Assembly (NCBI GenBank): GCA_001244265.2
Contig: CDLV01000008.1
Coordinates: 1,240,001-1,304,000, forward strand
Source of the DNA: Microbotryum violaceum
Taxonomy: Eukaryota
Length of the DNA stretch: 64,000 nucleotides
Direction: 5' to 3'
In this document: piece after piece, positions 49,990-63,267 of the stretch
Layout of the letters: every line of letters starts with the position of its first letter
Position numbering within the stretch: the stretch's first letter is position 1
The notes under the pieces: generated by a model
What the model saw: only the letters and a program-made list of their open reading frames with translations
Told to the model about the DNA's origin: nothing
Database searches by the model: none
Program-made: the position numbers and the translations under genes

Positions 49990-50540
49990 CAGCGGCTCGA
50001 GGTATCGCAGTGATGATTGATGAAGCTCGCTGAGGAGGGCCGAGCGGACGTGGACACCCCTGTCGGTGACGTCTTACCGAGGTCGGCAACGCCACGGTCG
50101 CTGATGGCCGCAAGCCCAAGCGCGCCATCACGCTTCACCAGCTTCCCATCCATACTTCTGGCCTTGGTTACACTTTTTTATCGGAGGAGGATTTCGCTTC
50201 AAGTCAGAAACTTGAAGGGGTTCAACGAGACGGAGGGGAAAAAATGGGGGGTATGACGGCGCTTGTTGCGGAACCGGGAGAGGACGCGGCAGTATAGTAT
50301 TGGCGTCGACAGGGCAGGAGAGTCAGCAAAGACCCCATCGGTATTTTTTTACTTGAAAACCAGGAGCAACGCTAAATCATACAGACCCAGGGTTCGGCAC
50401 TTCCAGACATCTCCATCGAGTGACCGGCATGAAGCTCGGCGAGCACTGCGAGAAGCGCATCTTTAGGCCCCTCGGATTGAATGACATCGAGTTTTGGCTC
50501 TTACCCGAGAACAAGGAGCACGATTGCAGAGCCTTCCATT
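49990..50540 (+). pseudogene. Fragmentary beta-lactamase-family serine hydrolase relic
   Basis: MKLAEEGRADVDTPVGDVLP, QYSIGVDRAG and TGMKLGEHCEKRIFRPLGLNDIEF lie in different frames, with large segments missing. Confidence 0.65.
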
Positions 50541-50719
50541 CAATGACCCGCAGACGATTATGCCGTGTTTGCAGTGCGAGGCTGCGGTTTACAACGCAGT
50601 GGGTCGCGCTTCGTGGAAGAGATGGCTGCGAATTTATTTGCGTGATTGCATATGAATATACGACTCGAGGCAATGCGTGTAGAAAGATCCGACCAGATCA
50701 TAGGCTCGAAGCAAATGCT

Positions 50720-52173
50720 CTACCGCTTCTTCCTCTCCTCTTCGGCGCTCTCATCCTCGCCTCCGTCAACGACGTCGACGTGGGCTGGCCTCTTCCACCG
50801 CCCAAAGAGGTAATTGCCCCGAATGACGAGTAGATCGACGGCCATCTTGATCGAATCCTTGATGAGGTCGACCTTGCTCCCGTCGACTTCATGCCACCGG
50901 ATCCCGACCTCGCGCAGGGGTACACCGGCGAGGGAAGCGAGCAGCAATAGTTCGCAGTCAAAGATCCAAGACGGAGAATGGAGCGAGGGGTAGAGGTGCG
51001 CAGCCGAGGCGCGGGTCGACAGCTTGAAGCCGCATTGGGTATCACGGATCGCCCGGATCCCGAGCAGGTGAAGATAGGCATGGAAGCAACGCATGAGAAA
51101 ATTGCGCAAAAATGACCGCTGTGAGGGAGAGGATCGGCCGCAGCCTGACGTGAGCGATCTTTGAAAATCTGATTCTGGCGTTTGGTTCGCGATCACGAAC
51201 CTTGACCACGGCTTCTGTTCGGACAAGATGGGCGCGAGAGCCGACAATGACACCGTGGGGTGGTAGTTTGGCACTGGTCCGACGCTGCTGCGTCTCCAAT
51301 CGATCGAGCGCGGCCTCTAGGAGAGCCAGATCGGGGAAATGCGAGGCGCCGTCGGCATCGACGAACAAGATGTGATGGCCCGCTGCGTGCATGACACCCT
51401 GTGTGATGTGGTGTAGTTTTCGAGTATGAGCACACACCTCAAGCTGCGCAAAGAACTCGATGAAGATATGCCAGCCACTGACGTGTTTAGTCGCGCCGCC
51501 CTTGCCCCTGTTCCTTCTCAGCTTTGCGACCTTGACCTGCCCTCGCTTGCCTCCAAACTGCGCATGGAGCTTTCGGGACAGCTGGAGAGCGACCTTGGCG
51601 GTGTCGTCCTTGCTGCCATCGTCGACGATAAGCACCTCGTACGAGCCGAGGTCGACGTCGCTCGCGGTGATGCGCGGTTGGTCGATCGCGAGTGGCCGTG
51701 TCTCGAGGTAGTGGATGCACTCGGTCAACATGGCCTCGAGCCTGTCTGCCTCGTTGTACGCGGGTACGACAACCGAGAGCTGCACGGTGGCGGGCGAGTC
51801 GAGCAAGGACGGCAGTTGCACCGGGGTGTCCGAGTCGATCGTGCGACAAGTCGACTCGGATGCATGCGGCAGCGGATCACGTGGCGAGAGCAGCACGAGC
51901 GTCGAGTAAGCCTGAGGAAGCAGTCCAAGGTCGGGAAGGGTGAGCATGGCGCAATAAAACACGGACTGCCATGTCAATTCAAGGGCGACTGATTGGGAGG
52001 TAGAGCTGGGAGGGCCACCAACCCCCCGTCTCGAGGGCACAAACGGAAACGGTCTGCACACGAGAGGGTTGTTCGGAATGGACCGACCGACTTACGAGGA
52101 CGCTGACGAGCGCCGGCACCAGCACCGCACATGCGACCCAGAGCCATGGTGATGTTGGAGCAGAAAAGGACAT
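50720..52173 (-). CDS. ALG5: Dolichyl-phosphate beta-glucosyltransferase
   Basis: Signal anchor in exon 1. Motifs [59 protein letters not shown] and WHEVDGSK. Confidence 0.93.
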
Positions 52174-52342
52174 GTCGCCTTCCTACCTCGCTCGGGATTT
52201 CTATCGACACGCACCCCAGTGACTGGTGCAGTGGGGGGAGAGGTGGGGAGAGAGGGACGGACACGTTTACCGGCGGCCGTGCTGCGGCTCGGGCGCCCCG
52301 GTGCTCCGGTGCGACAGTCGCGGCCGATTTTCATTACAGAAA

Positions 52343-54979
52343 CCAGTGGGAACCCGTTAAACTAACGGAGGATGAAATTTAAAAAATAGCAGGATAATCG
52401 AACAGTCTACATGATATTAGCGCAGAGGTTAAACACGAAGTACAGCAAAGAAACAAAATCCATTCATCTTACATTCATCGCCGAAACAGCCTGCGTGTCG
52501 CTTGTTGCCGGACTTGGCTTCAAACACTCGTGCGATGAGATTCGGACGGTTGCATGCGCTATCGGCCCCAGTGCAGCCTTGGTTTCCGGTGAGTCGGGGT
52601 CGTACGTCATCGTGATCAGCAGCGGAGGCTTTTCCTCTTTGACAACGCACGCCATCGCATCCTGGTATCGCTGCGTGATGTCGCGATTTGGTTCGGGGTC
52701 AAGCCGTTGATGCCTTGGGTCGTGGTGAGGCGTAGGTTCTCTTGATGCAATCGGATGTGTTGAGTCGATCGGTCTCGACTTGGGAGGATATCCGTAAATC
52801 ACAAACTCCAGGATGGGACGTTGGGTGCAATGCGGGATTGAGAAGTACTCGTCGCGTTTGGCAAGTAGTGCGCAAAGAATGGTGAACGCGAGACTCGCCA
52901 CCTCGACCCCTTTACTTGACCTTCGTCCTAGCTGTTCAAAAGTTCAATGTCAGTCTGTGCTTGCGCCTTAGACAGAATGGAACATCAGAGAAAGAGCTGA
53001 AGAAGCGTACGTTCGCCATCACCATCCTCTTCGTCCCCTTCCTCGCCGTCTTCATCCTCATCGTCGCGGTCTTCGTCCTCCTCTTCGCCTCCGTCATCAA
53101 GACTGGTACCCGCAAGTACCTCGCGCGGTTGGACACCATTGTCGATCTGCTCTCGGTTTCTGGTGATTGGCAGCCCAGCTTGGCGAAACCCGCAAAGAGA
53201 AATGTTGGGGTGGAAGCCATCTTCCCCTGCAGGAAATAGTAGTGGCTACCGGAGAGGCAACGCAGACGGATGGAGCGAGCTGATGACTTGGTACTTGGGG
53301 CCGACCATCGGGACATCGATCACCGTGCACCTGGAGAATACGGTCTTGAGGTCCACGATCTCCCATGTTGGTGTCGGAATCGCAGATAAGCATCGCCATT
53401 TCCATGCTCGACGTAGGAGGGTTGTGGGTGCGTCGGTCCCGGCCTGGCGGGAGGCAGAGGCGCAGGATCCTCCCAACCTGCGCGAGGTTTGGCCAATGCG
53501 AACTCCCTCACAAAGCGATTGCCGGTGCGCAGAATGGACTCGAGCTTGGTCAAAGTAGATCGTTGCATGCGACTGTCTGCGCCGTCGGGTCCAAGTCGAG
53601 TGTCGGTGGCCTCGGCCGGGTCGATGAGCCATGTTTGAGCAAAGGCTGGGCGTTGATTCACGGCAGGGATCAGGGCGCCGAGTCGATGGTAAAGGCGACC
53701 AAACACGCGAAACAGGGTGCCCACTTGAGTTTGGTCCCAGTGGGCAGCGAGCGAAGTAAACGACAACGCGTTGTTGTACGATCGGGCGTTCTCGCGGAAT
53801 GCTTTAGCTTCTGTGTGGGTGGGAAGATTGCCGTGGAAATATCGTCAGCATGTGGGTCTACTGCAGACGAACGTTTTTGGACGGAGCAACTGACCGCTAT
53901 CCGAGCCTTGAAGAAGCTGCCGATACTCGAGATTGGGCTGGGGAGGGGGAGGTAGCCGCACCTTGCCCTGCGAGCAGCACGCGCTGAAGTGTCTGGTCGA
54001 CTTGGACCTTTCGCACTCCCAGTGCCGAGCCTTGCAGTGGGTGCACACGGCCGTCTGCGGGCCGAGGTCGTCGCGGATCGAAACGTGGGGCTTGAGGGGT
54101 TTGAGCGCGATTCGAGCCTGGCGCACTCGCCTTTGCGGAGGTGGTGGTGGGGCGAGCCCAGCGTCGAGTTGGCCATCGCGCTGACCACGGCGGGCGCGTA
54201 TACGTGTCGCAATGCCAAGATCGGTTGCATTGTTGTCATGACGCGCGGGGGGCTGATTCTGTTGATCGGTGCGGGACGAAGAGGAGGGTCGAGCCGCGGG
54301 GCGCCCAGCAGCGGGCGCTCGAGCAGGCCCATGGCAGCCCATGGTACGGCGCTATCCTCGCGCCCAAGACTTGGCGAGGTTGCGATGGCCCTCCCTGGCG
54401 ACGTTGGGACCGGGGCATAGTAACGAAGGTTTGTTCTTGAATGAGTGTCACTAAAATTGGATGAGAGTGAGAGGGAGAAAGGAAAGGTTCGAGGGAGTGG
54501 CGCAGGATTATTTACGTGGTTTGATTTGTTGTTCAGCCCCTAATGCCGCTGGTCGACTGCCGGAATGACACTGACACCGCCGGCGCACCGCATCACGTGA
54601 CAAACGCCAGCCCTCGCCTCGCGCGTCAGGCAGAGCTCTGCTGTAGAAGCAATATCATGCAAAGCCACGCGCTTGCGGTTCATTAAATGCAATATGAGTG
54701 GAAGCATTGTTTTATGTGAGCGAAAAAAAGAAGGAAAATACTGGGAGCGCTGTAGCTTCGTTGGAACGGCGCGGAAAATACAAAAGTCACCACAGCGCTT
54801 GTACATGACTTCTGATCGGAACATGGACACCACAGGCAGGTGCGGCAGATACAACAGTATGCTGGTACATCCACCACAGGCGGCCCGGAGGGCCGTAACC
54901 TAGTTAAAAACAGCGATTTTAGGTACATTCCTTAACACACTTTTTTTTTTACTAGTTAGGGTAACTAGTTAGGGTAAAG
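52343..54979 (-). mobile_element. Internally deleted, non-autonomous Helitron
   Basis: Rep N-terminal remnants CTHCKARHW...CCSQGKVRLP, FRVFGRLYH, PAFAQ, LLFPAGEDG and YQDAMA...LITMT. 3' hairpin CCGTTA-GTT-TAACGG (52354-52368), then CTGG (CTRR) followed by T. Confidence 0.88.
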
Positions 54980-55261
54980 CGCACGCTCGCGATAATGAAA
55001 TTGGACCTTAGTAGCGACTCGACGACTCAGCGGCTTGGCGAGCACGCGCGAGGACTTGGACAGCTCGACCCTTCGCCGTGCACGCGGTCACGACTGAACC
55101 CGCTCGACCGCACCGACAGTTGCCAGTCGGATCCGGTTGCTGGATCAAGAGTGCACGCTACGACTGTGACCAGGCGAGTGAACGCGACAGAACAGTGGGA
55201 AGAGGAAGGCAGTGGTCTGCAGGTGAACGGTCTCGTAACCCTTCCCTCGGTGTACATTCAT

Positions 55262-55304
55262 CCACTCCACCACCACCACTACCACCACTACCACCATCGA
55301 CACG

Positions 55305-55343
<39 letters not shown>
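55262..55343. repeat. (CAC)n/(GACCAC)n microsatellite upstream of LRG1
   Basis: Directly visible. Confidence 0.9.
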
Positions 55344-55344
<1 letters not shown>

Positions 55345-55640
55345 GCGAGTGACGTCCAGCGGCACCTCCAATCCGGTGTGCAGCGAGCTAGCTACCTCTG
55401 TGAGGCGGTCGATATCGGTCTAGAGGCCTTCATCCGTGCGACTGCCACTCTTGGCGTCGAGTGGACGAGCTTGTCGCTACCGGACGTGGGCACGCCTTGG
55501 CTACGCCTCGCCTACATCTGAGGATCGTCGCCCGCAAGCAGCTAGCCAGAGGCCGGTACGCAGCCCACCACCGACCGCCGACCGGCCCACTCCGGACCAC
55601 ACCAGACCACCTCAAGGCACGTTCCGACACGACCGCGGCC

Positions 55641-58600
55641 ATGCCGAGTCAGCCTTCGTCTTCGTCCAACTACTACGGCCAGAGGCAGGCCCCATCGTCG
55701 TCCCCATCGTCGTCATCTCAGCAGCAACAGCAAGCGATCGACTACGCGCGCTTCGCTCCTCCAATCTCGTCGTCGTCGCCGTCGTCATCGAACCCGCCTT
55801 CGCGGCAGGGGTCCGGGTCGGCCGGCACCGCTACCACTGCGCCCCACCCCGGTACTACCGAGCGACGCCTCCACCACGCATCTGATGAGTCGCTACACGG
55901 CGACGACCGCGAATCGCCCGAACCCAACTTTGCCGGCCGGGGCGCTGGAAGGCACTCGCAGAACCTCGGCAACGGCATGTCCCTTCCACCTATCAACACC
56001 CTGCTGCAGCCCTATGGATCCGCGGTCGTTTCGTCACCGCTGCAGCACTCGCAGCTCTCACCACCGCCACCGACCATAGCTACTTCGGCCGCCTCGCCAG
56101 GCGTAGGGGCCGGTCCGACTATCGGCGCGGCGAATGGCTCTCCTCGCATGTCGTTCCTATCAAGGTCTCTCCACGCCGCTCCACCCGTGTCTCCGCAAGT
56201 GTCATCATCCTCCTCTCCGGCGACTTCGACGACATCGTCGACACTGGCTGCTCGTCCCGGAAGGAGTGCAAGCATCTCGTCCCCCGCCGTCCCTGTCAGT
56301 GGCTCTTTCGGCTCGACGTCGGCGCCCACTTCCACGTCAGCCTCGACCTCGACCTCAACGTTGTACTCGCCGAGAACTCGCGCGTCGTCGCCCTCGTCGC
56401 GGGAGACACACTTTCCCCCCTCGAAATCCCACTCTAACTCGTCGACGACTAGCGGTGGGACGTCGCATTCACAACGCTCGCCCAGAACCGGCAACTTTGA
56501 CCATCCGGGTCATCTCCCCTCAGCTCCGGGGTTCCTGTCGACTTCAGTGGGATCGTCGTCGACGTCTTCAATGGTCTCCCTGTCGCACCATGGGCCGAGG
56601 GAGGTCGAGGGTGGCTCAAATGGTGGCGTACGCGAACGGGAACGGGAACGAGAACGTGAAGGGCATCGTTCCGATCGTGAAGGAAAACGGGAGCGGTCAG
56701 GCGGGCAGCACTGCGCCAAGTGCGACTTGCCGATGACGGGCCAATTTGTTCGGGCTCTGGGCACGGTCTATCATCTCGACTGCTTTCGGTGTCTGGTCAG
56801 TCATCTGTCTTGATGAGCTCACGCGCATCCCTATCGGCGTGAAATCCCGATTCCGCTGGCTGACCTTTCGCCCGGCAATTTCGCTGTGACCCGTCATCGT
56901 GCAGGACTGCAACAAGATCGTCGCCAACAAGTTCTTTCCCATCGACGCCCCCGACGGCAGCAGCGGCCGGCAGGTACCGCTGTGCGAGACCGACTACTTT
57001 CGGCGGCTCAACCTTCTGTGCCAAAAGTGTGGTCAGGCTTTGAGGGGCAGTTACATCACAGCCCTAGGTACGTTCGCGTCCACGTTCAACCTGACCTGAG
57101 ATGTCGAGTGCGTTTTCGTCTGATCGTCCCCTTTTTTCTCTGCTGCGCTGCGCAGACATGAAGTTCCACGTCGAGCACTTCACGTGTTCCATCTGCCCGA
57201 CCGTGTTTGGCCCACAGGACTCGTACTATGAGCACGCCGGCTCCGTCTATTGCCACTTCCATTATTCGACTCGCTTCGCCGTAAAATGTACGGGGTGCCG
57301 GACGGCGATCCTCAAACAGTTCGTCGAGATCAACCGCAACAGCGTCGATGAGCACTGGCATCCCGAGTGCTACATGATCAACAAAGTAAGAAATGCATAT
57401 CGTGACCGTACCATCCGAATGGAGCGCTCACCCATTGACGACCCTATCCTCTCGCAATTCGTAGTTTTGGAACATCAAGCTTGCGCTCAGCCCTGTGGCC
57501 AAAGCCGTCGAAACGGCTGTCGAGACGGGCGGCGGCAGCGGCGAAGCCGTGTCGATCGCGGGCGAAGGAGCGGCAGATGCGAATGGACCCCCTTCCAAGG
57601 CCCTCGAAGTCAAGGAGTACCTGGCCCAGGAAGAGGCTGAAACGCCGTTGTCGCTCAAAGCGCGGCAAAAGCTGATGGAGGAGCAAGTCTACCGGATCTG
57701 GACCGTGCTATCGGCGTTCGAGGAGAGCAGTGCGGCTTGCATCTCCGAGATGCTGCGCCACGTATCGTCGGGGCACTACATCGATGGCGTGCAGATGGCC
57801 GAAAAGTTCGTTGTGCACGTCGAGACGCTGTTCGCCGCCATCGACGATCTTTCGGCGCAGTTCAAGCTCGCCGGCACAAAAGAGATCTCGCACGTGCGCG
57901 AGGCGCGCATGTTGTGCAAAAAGGTTGTGAGCTTCTTCTCGCTGCTGTCGCACACCCACGAGACGGGGGCGCGCAAGATGTCGATCACCCAAGACCTGCT
58001 CTCGCTCGTGACCGGTCTGGCGCACTACCTCAAGATCCTCATTCGGATCGCCTTGACGGCCGCGCTCAAGCTCGAGCGCGAGTTCGACAGCCCGACCGCC
58101 ATCGCCGGGTTCTTGACAAGGTTGGACCGGCTCGCGCACGACCCCGACGCCAGCACAAAAAATTCGCCCAACAACTCGCTCGACCTCCACGGCGCCGCAG
58201 CCGCATTGACGAGCCATGCGAACGGTCTAGCGTCGGCGCGAGGAAAGAAATCTTCCGAGATGAGCCGCGAAGCTAGCGGGCGGTCCTATCGGTACAAGTC
58301 GCTGATGCGTCCCGACGGCTCCACGCTGGTTGGTTCTGGGGAGGCGGCAACGGATCTGTGCGAAGGGTGTCACCTCACCGTCGAGGAGGAGTGCGCTCGG
58401 TACGGCACTAGCCACCGATGGCACCTCGCTTGCCTGCAGTGTAAGGCGTGCGGCAAATCGGCGAGTCGGGACCAGCCCGTCTCGGCGCAGGACCGGGCCG
58501 AGAACGTGTGGTGGCCCGAATTCAGACTCGAGGCGATCGGAGACGCCGGGTCGCGAGTTGAGGTCGAGATCTTGGGGACCTACTGCAAGGAGTGCATCGG

Positions 58601-60885
58601 CTTGGGACGGGTCGCATCACACGCCTACCTGCGCCAGGGCCTCGACTACGTCACACGGCTCGAACAGTACGCTTTTTTGCTGTGCGTCGCGCTCAACAAG
58701 CTCTATGCGCTGCTCAAGCAGCGCGGCGTCGTCCCTTCGTCCCCGACCGACGAAAACTCGTCTGATGAGCGATCGCTCTACGACACGTACCGCGACTCGA
58801 CCGACATCAAGCGCATGAAATCGGTCAACCTCGACCGAAAGCTATCGTCGACGACGGCGCGGACACCGAAGCGGTCCGTCGTCGTCCAGAGCCCCTCCGG
58901 TCGGGTCGCGCAGTCCAGCGACACGACGATCCCGCTCTTCACGGGCAAGCCACCGGTCCCTTCCCGCAAGGACCAGCCTCTGCTCGACCCCATCCGAGGG
59001 ACGACCGTACCCCGACCTCCTTCGCAACCCGCAGTTGCTGCTGCTGTGGCGACCGCGACGAACTCGAGCCATCCCAAGTCCACCGACGTCTCGCCCGCGA
59101 TGACGGGGTCCTCCTCGGCCTCGATCGCGAGCGCCTCTTCGAACGCGACGGCCGTGCCTCCAACCCCGACCGCGGCGATACCGATGGCAATGTCAACGTC
59201 GATGTCGATGTCGATGTCGATCGCGACCTCGAGCTCGTCCCGACCGACGTACAATCGCGCGACCACGGCCGTAGAAATCGTCGACGACCAGCCCCTCGAT
59301 ACCTCGCCGGCGACGTTTGAGCCTGTGCTGGGAGGAAGCCTGGAACCGACCCAGGACGAAGACGGCATCACGCTGGCCGATCTGCCGACGGTCATGCAAG
59401 CCGAGCAGAAGCGCGAGCAGATGCGATACCAGCCGACGCGGCCCGTCGCAACGTTGGCTCCGCTCTTGTCGGAGCTATCGGCCCTCGAGTACCTCATCGT
59501 GCGCCACATCGCCGCACTGCTGCTCTTGACCGAGGCCCCAAACGCACGCTTCTCGTTCCGCGACGTCGTTGCCCTCGACGAGCTGCTCGAGGTCATCGAC
59601 GAACGCAAGAACACGTTCTGGGGCAAATTATTTAAGGGCGGCAAGGAGAAGAAGAGCGAAAAGAAGAAGGGCGTTTTTGGCATCCCGATCGAGGTCCTCG
59701 TTGAGCGCAACGGCGCGGACTCGATGCACGGCGCGGGTCCCGGGTCGCTACGCATCCCGAGCTTCGTCGACGACGTCATCTCGGCCATGAAGCAGATGGA
59801 CATGTCGATCGAGGGTATCTTTCGCAAGAACGGTAATATCCGCCGCCTCAAGGAGCTATCGGAGGCGCTCGATCGCGATGCCGCCGCCGTGAACCTATCC
59901 GACGACAATCCCGTGCAGATCGCGGCGCTGCTGAAGCGCTTCCTGCGTGACCTGCCCGACCCGCTGATTCCGTTCAAGCTCTTCCAGCTGTTCATTGCGA
60001 CGCAGCGCATCGACCACGTCCAGGACCGTAAGCGCGCGTTGCATCTGTGCTGCTGCCTCTTGCCCAAGAGCCATCGCGACACGCTCGAGGCCATCTTTGT
60101 CTTTCTCAAATGGGTCGCCTCGTTCTCGCACGTTGACGAGGAGACGGGATCCAAAATGGACCTGCTGAACCTGGCGACCGTCGTATCGCCCAACGTGCTG
60201 TATTCCAAGGGCAAGGACCCCGCGCGCGACGAATCCTTTTCCTCGGTGCGAGCGGTGCACGAGCTGCTCGAATGGCAGGATGAATTGTGGCAGGTAAGTC
60301 GCGGACTTAGTGGAGGAACAAGGGGGGGTTGGGTTTCCCTCATTACGCCGGATTCGGCGGTGCTCATGTGCGGAAGCTGATTGCTTATTGGCTTTGCTCT
60401 GCTTCTCACTCGCCCAGGTGCCCGCCGATTTCGTCTCGGTCTTGAGCGATCAAGAATTCTTCAGCAATCCGTCGCAGTTGACCTCGAAGGAGATTCTCGC
60501 TCGTGCCGACTTGCACGTTCGGTCAGCCGCGCGCAAAGGCAGCGCACCCGCACCGGGGTCCCACCGGATCGAGCCCTATCCGTCACGACCGGATCTACAC
60601 GCGACTTGGAGCGCGAGTTCGGTCTCCCCCGTCACCGGACCCGGACTCGGTCCTGGCTCTGGTTCCGGCCCCGTCAGTCGATCGACCTACCCCCCACTGC
60701 CCGTCGCGAGCGGCAACCACCATGCCAGCAAACCCTTGGGCGTGCTCGGCGAGCGACCGCTGTCGTCGTCGATTCTCCACCACGCTTCCACGAACGGCAA
60801 TGCGATACCCATCCGACCGATACCCTCCTCGCAGACGTACCAGCGATCGCCCGTCGGCAGTCCGAATATGCACCTTACCCAATGA
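55641..60885 (+). CDS. LRG1: LIM-domain RhoGAP (Lrg1/S. pombe Rga1 type)
   Basis: Tandem LIM domains (CAKC...GQFVRALGTVYHLDCFRC, LCETDYFRRL, HWHPEC), VYRIWTVLSAFEESSAACIS, and a RhoGAP domain (EGIFRKNGNIRRL, SKMDLLNLATV). Confidence 0.93.
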
Positions 60886-61536
60886 TCCCATGGCATTTTA
60901 CCTGTCCTTATACTTTTCTCTACCCACTTTTTTCCCACTCTTTCTCTCTTTACGATGCCACGACAACACGACCCCACCGACTTGAGATAGGGCCCCTTTG
61001 GGTCCTCCTTCTCTCTTGGCTTATGGCCCCACCTCCCTTGTAGCACTTGCGCAATGATATTGGAACTGGTTTTTGACGGTCACGCACGCCAAAGAGGATT
61101 GGACCATGTGGTGACAGTTCGCAAGGGCGTGAAGAGAGCCCTCAGGGACGGGACCCACATCTGCACAAGGACAGGCACATGCTCACGCACGGGGGGCGTA
61201 AGGTGGGAAGGAAGCGGAGGTGTTGCTTCCGGAACTGTGGACTACGACCGAGCGTTTTTTTCCACCTAATAATAAGACACCTATAGTCGTAGGAGCTACG
61301 TAGCGGGTTCCGGGGTGAAAGCCCTTGTCGTCGAGTGTCGAGATCTTCCCTTGTCGAGTTCGGGTCGCACGTGCGACTCCTAGGTTTTGCTCAAGTTTAC
61401 CCATCCGGTTGCACCTTTGTGGTCAACGACGTGACGACTTGACCTGTCGACGCGCGTCTCCACCTCGACTCTTAAATTCACACAGGGCACTCGAGCTTCG
61501 CCCATCCAACCCACACACCCTCCAAGCGTATTCCCC

Positions 61537-62600
61537 ATGACATTCGGATCAAGAAGCACCAGAACAAACTACTCGTGCTGCTCGTGCTTACTTGGTGGTG
61601 GTGCTCATCGCCATCGTACGAGGCACGTCAGCCCCCACACACGTGGTAACACTACCACATGCTGATGCCCTGACCCACAGTAAAAGTTCACAGTACAACG
61701 ATCATACATCAAGGCACCCTACATGAGGTCGCTGCCCTACTCACGGATCGAGGTAGGTCTCTTTCGTCCTCGAAACCAGATGGTCGGTGTATCGGGAGCT
61801 GAATGTGCGCTTTCTTTTGCCAGTCTGGCGCAAGATCGAACGACCCATTTTAAGTCACGTTGCGGCACTGCGCGAGCAAAGGCTGAGTGACGAAACTCGG
61901 CAGATCCTGCTCGACCGCTTCCACGAAGAGGCGGCACGTGCCCAAGAAGCCGCAGCCGAACGTCACTCTCAAGAGTTACAGGAGTTGCGTGAACGTGATC
62001 GAAGCGCTCAAGCCGCCGTTGCTGCGACCTTGGCCGCCCACGCACAAAGAACCGCCGCAAGCGGATCGCCTGCAGTGGGCGGCTCCACGTCTTCGTTCGG
62101 GACGGGGATCGGTCAATCGCCCCCGAGGCCCGTGGGCAATGGAATGCCGCCGTCGTCGTTGACCTCGGCTTGGAACCCGTCGCTTGCGCATCAGGTGAGT
62201 CACGCTCGGTTCGACGAGAGAATTTTGCTCGTCACTCTTAGCTGACGCTCCGACTTGTCATCCAGCAGCAACAGCAACAACAGCAACAACATCAACAGCC
62301 GTGCCAAGCCCATGCCCAGTACTTAAACGCGCTTCGCCATGGATCAGCGCACGGCCTTCGCAGCACCTCGGCACCATCGACGTCGCCGCTCTATCCCTCG
62401 ATGGGATCCTACCAGCGACCAGCGGCTGCCAACACCCTCATGAACCCGGCTGTCGTCAGGCAACCTGTTCTTGTTCCCGTGAGTATCACCAGTGCTGGTC
62501 CATCATTCACACCTCCGCGTCACCCGCTCATCGTCGCTCATCACGTCATATAGAACTTGACCCGCATCACGCCTAGCGGCTCGAACGCCCCCGACCATAG
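61537..62600 (+). CDS. Hypothetical multi-exon protein with a coiled-coil and a poly-Q segment
   Basis: ORF 61787-62245 joins through GT-AG introns to a poly-Q exon and RLERPRP*. The 5' exon structure is uncertain. Confidence 0.55.
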
Positions 62601-63267
62601 TCTAGGCGCCTGGTGGCTCGGCTCGTCACCCCGATCCAATCCGGCCCATCAGTCGACATCCCTCCCTTCTCGCGCCCACCTTCCGACGCCGTCCTCGACT
62701 GGCCCGTGAAGAGACTCTTCATTTGGACAATCTCCCCATACTTTCAGCATCCACGCCTCCTGGTGGCCCATCCGCATCATGCATTCTCTCTTCGCTTGAT
62801 CCTTTCGGTACTGTACCACTTCGTTTTGTCTTTTTTGCTTCGACGCACGAGCTGCTCTCGTTCTTCACTTCCGTCTGCATGCATCCCTCGTACTGCTTGT
62901 TTCGGCCCTCGGTCTATTCGCTCAGAACCATCCGCCCTGCTTTGTCATTTCTTTCCGACGCGCCTTCTTCAGGTGTTCTACTTTGTCCTTGCAGACTGCC
63001 ATGATACTGCCTACCAATATTACTACAACTCAAAACGAGGGTGTGCTTCGCAGTGAATCGCGGATGACGGCTTTCAGCTTTATTAGCATTGCGATCGAGG
63101 TATGTATCAGGTGAGACATTTCCCTGCTCAGCAATCTGCTGTCCGGCTGCCGCACCCCATGCGTGCTCGACTTCCCCAACTCGCTCAAGTTTGGGGCCAC
63201 CGGTTTTGGAATCTGCCACGCCCCATCTCGCCAGCCGGATACGATCTTCGAACACTCAACTCCAAAA

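Noticed and set aside
58778-60409. 543-aa antisense ORF over LRG1 (and similar antisense ORFs over SSZ1, DHH1 and KEL3)
   Set aside because: Shadow ORFs from GC-rich codon usage opposite well-supported genes.
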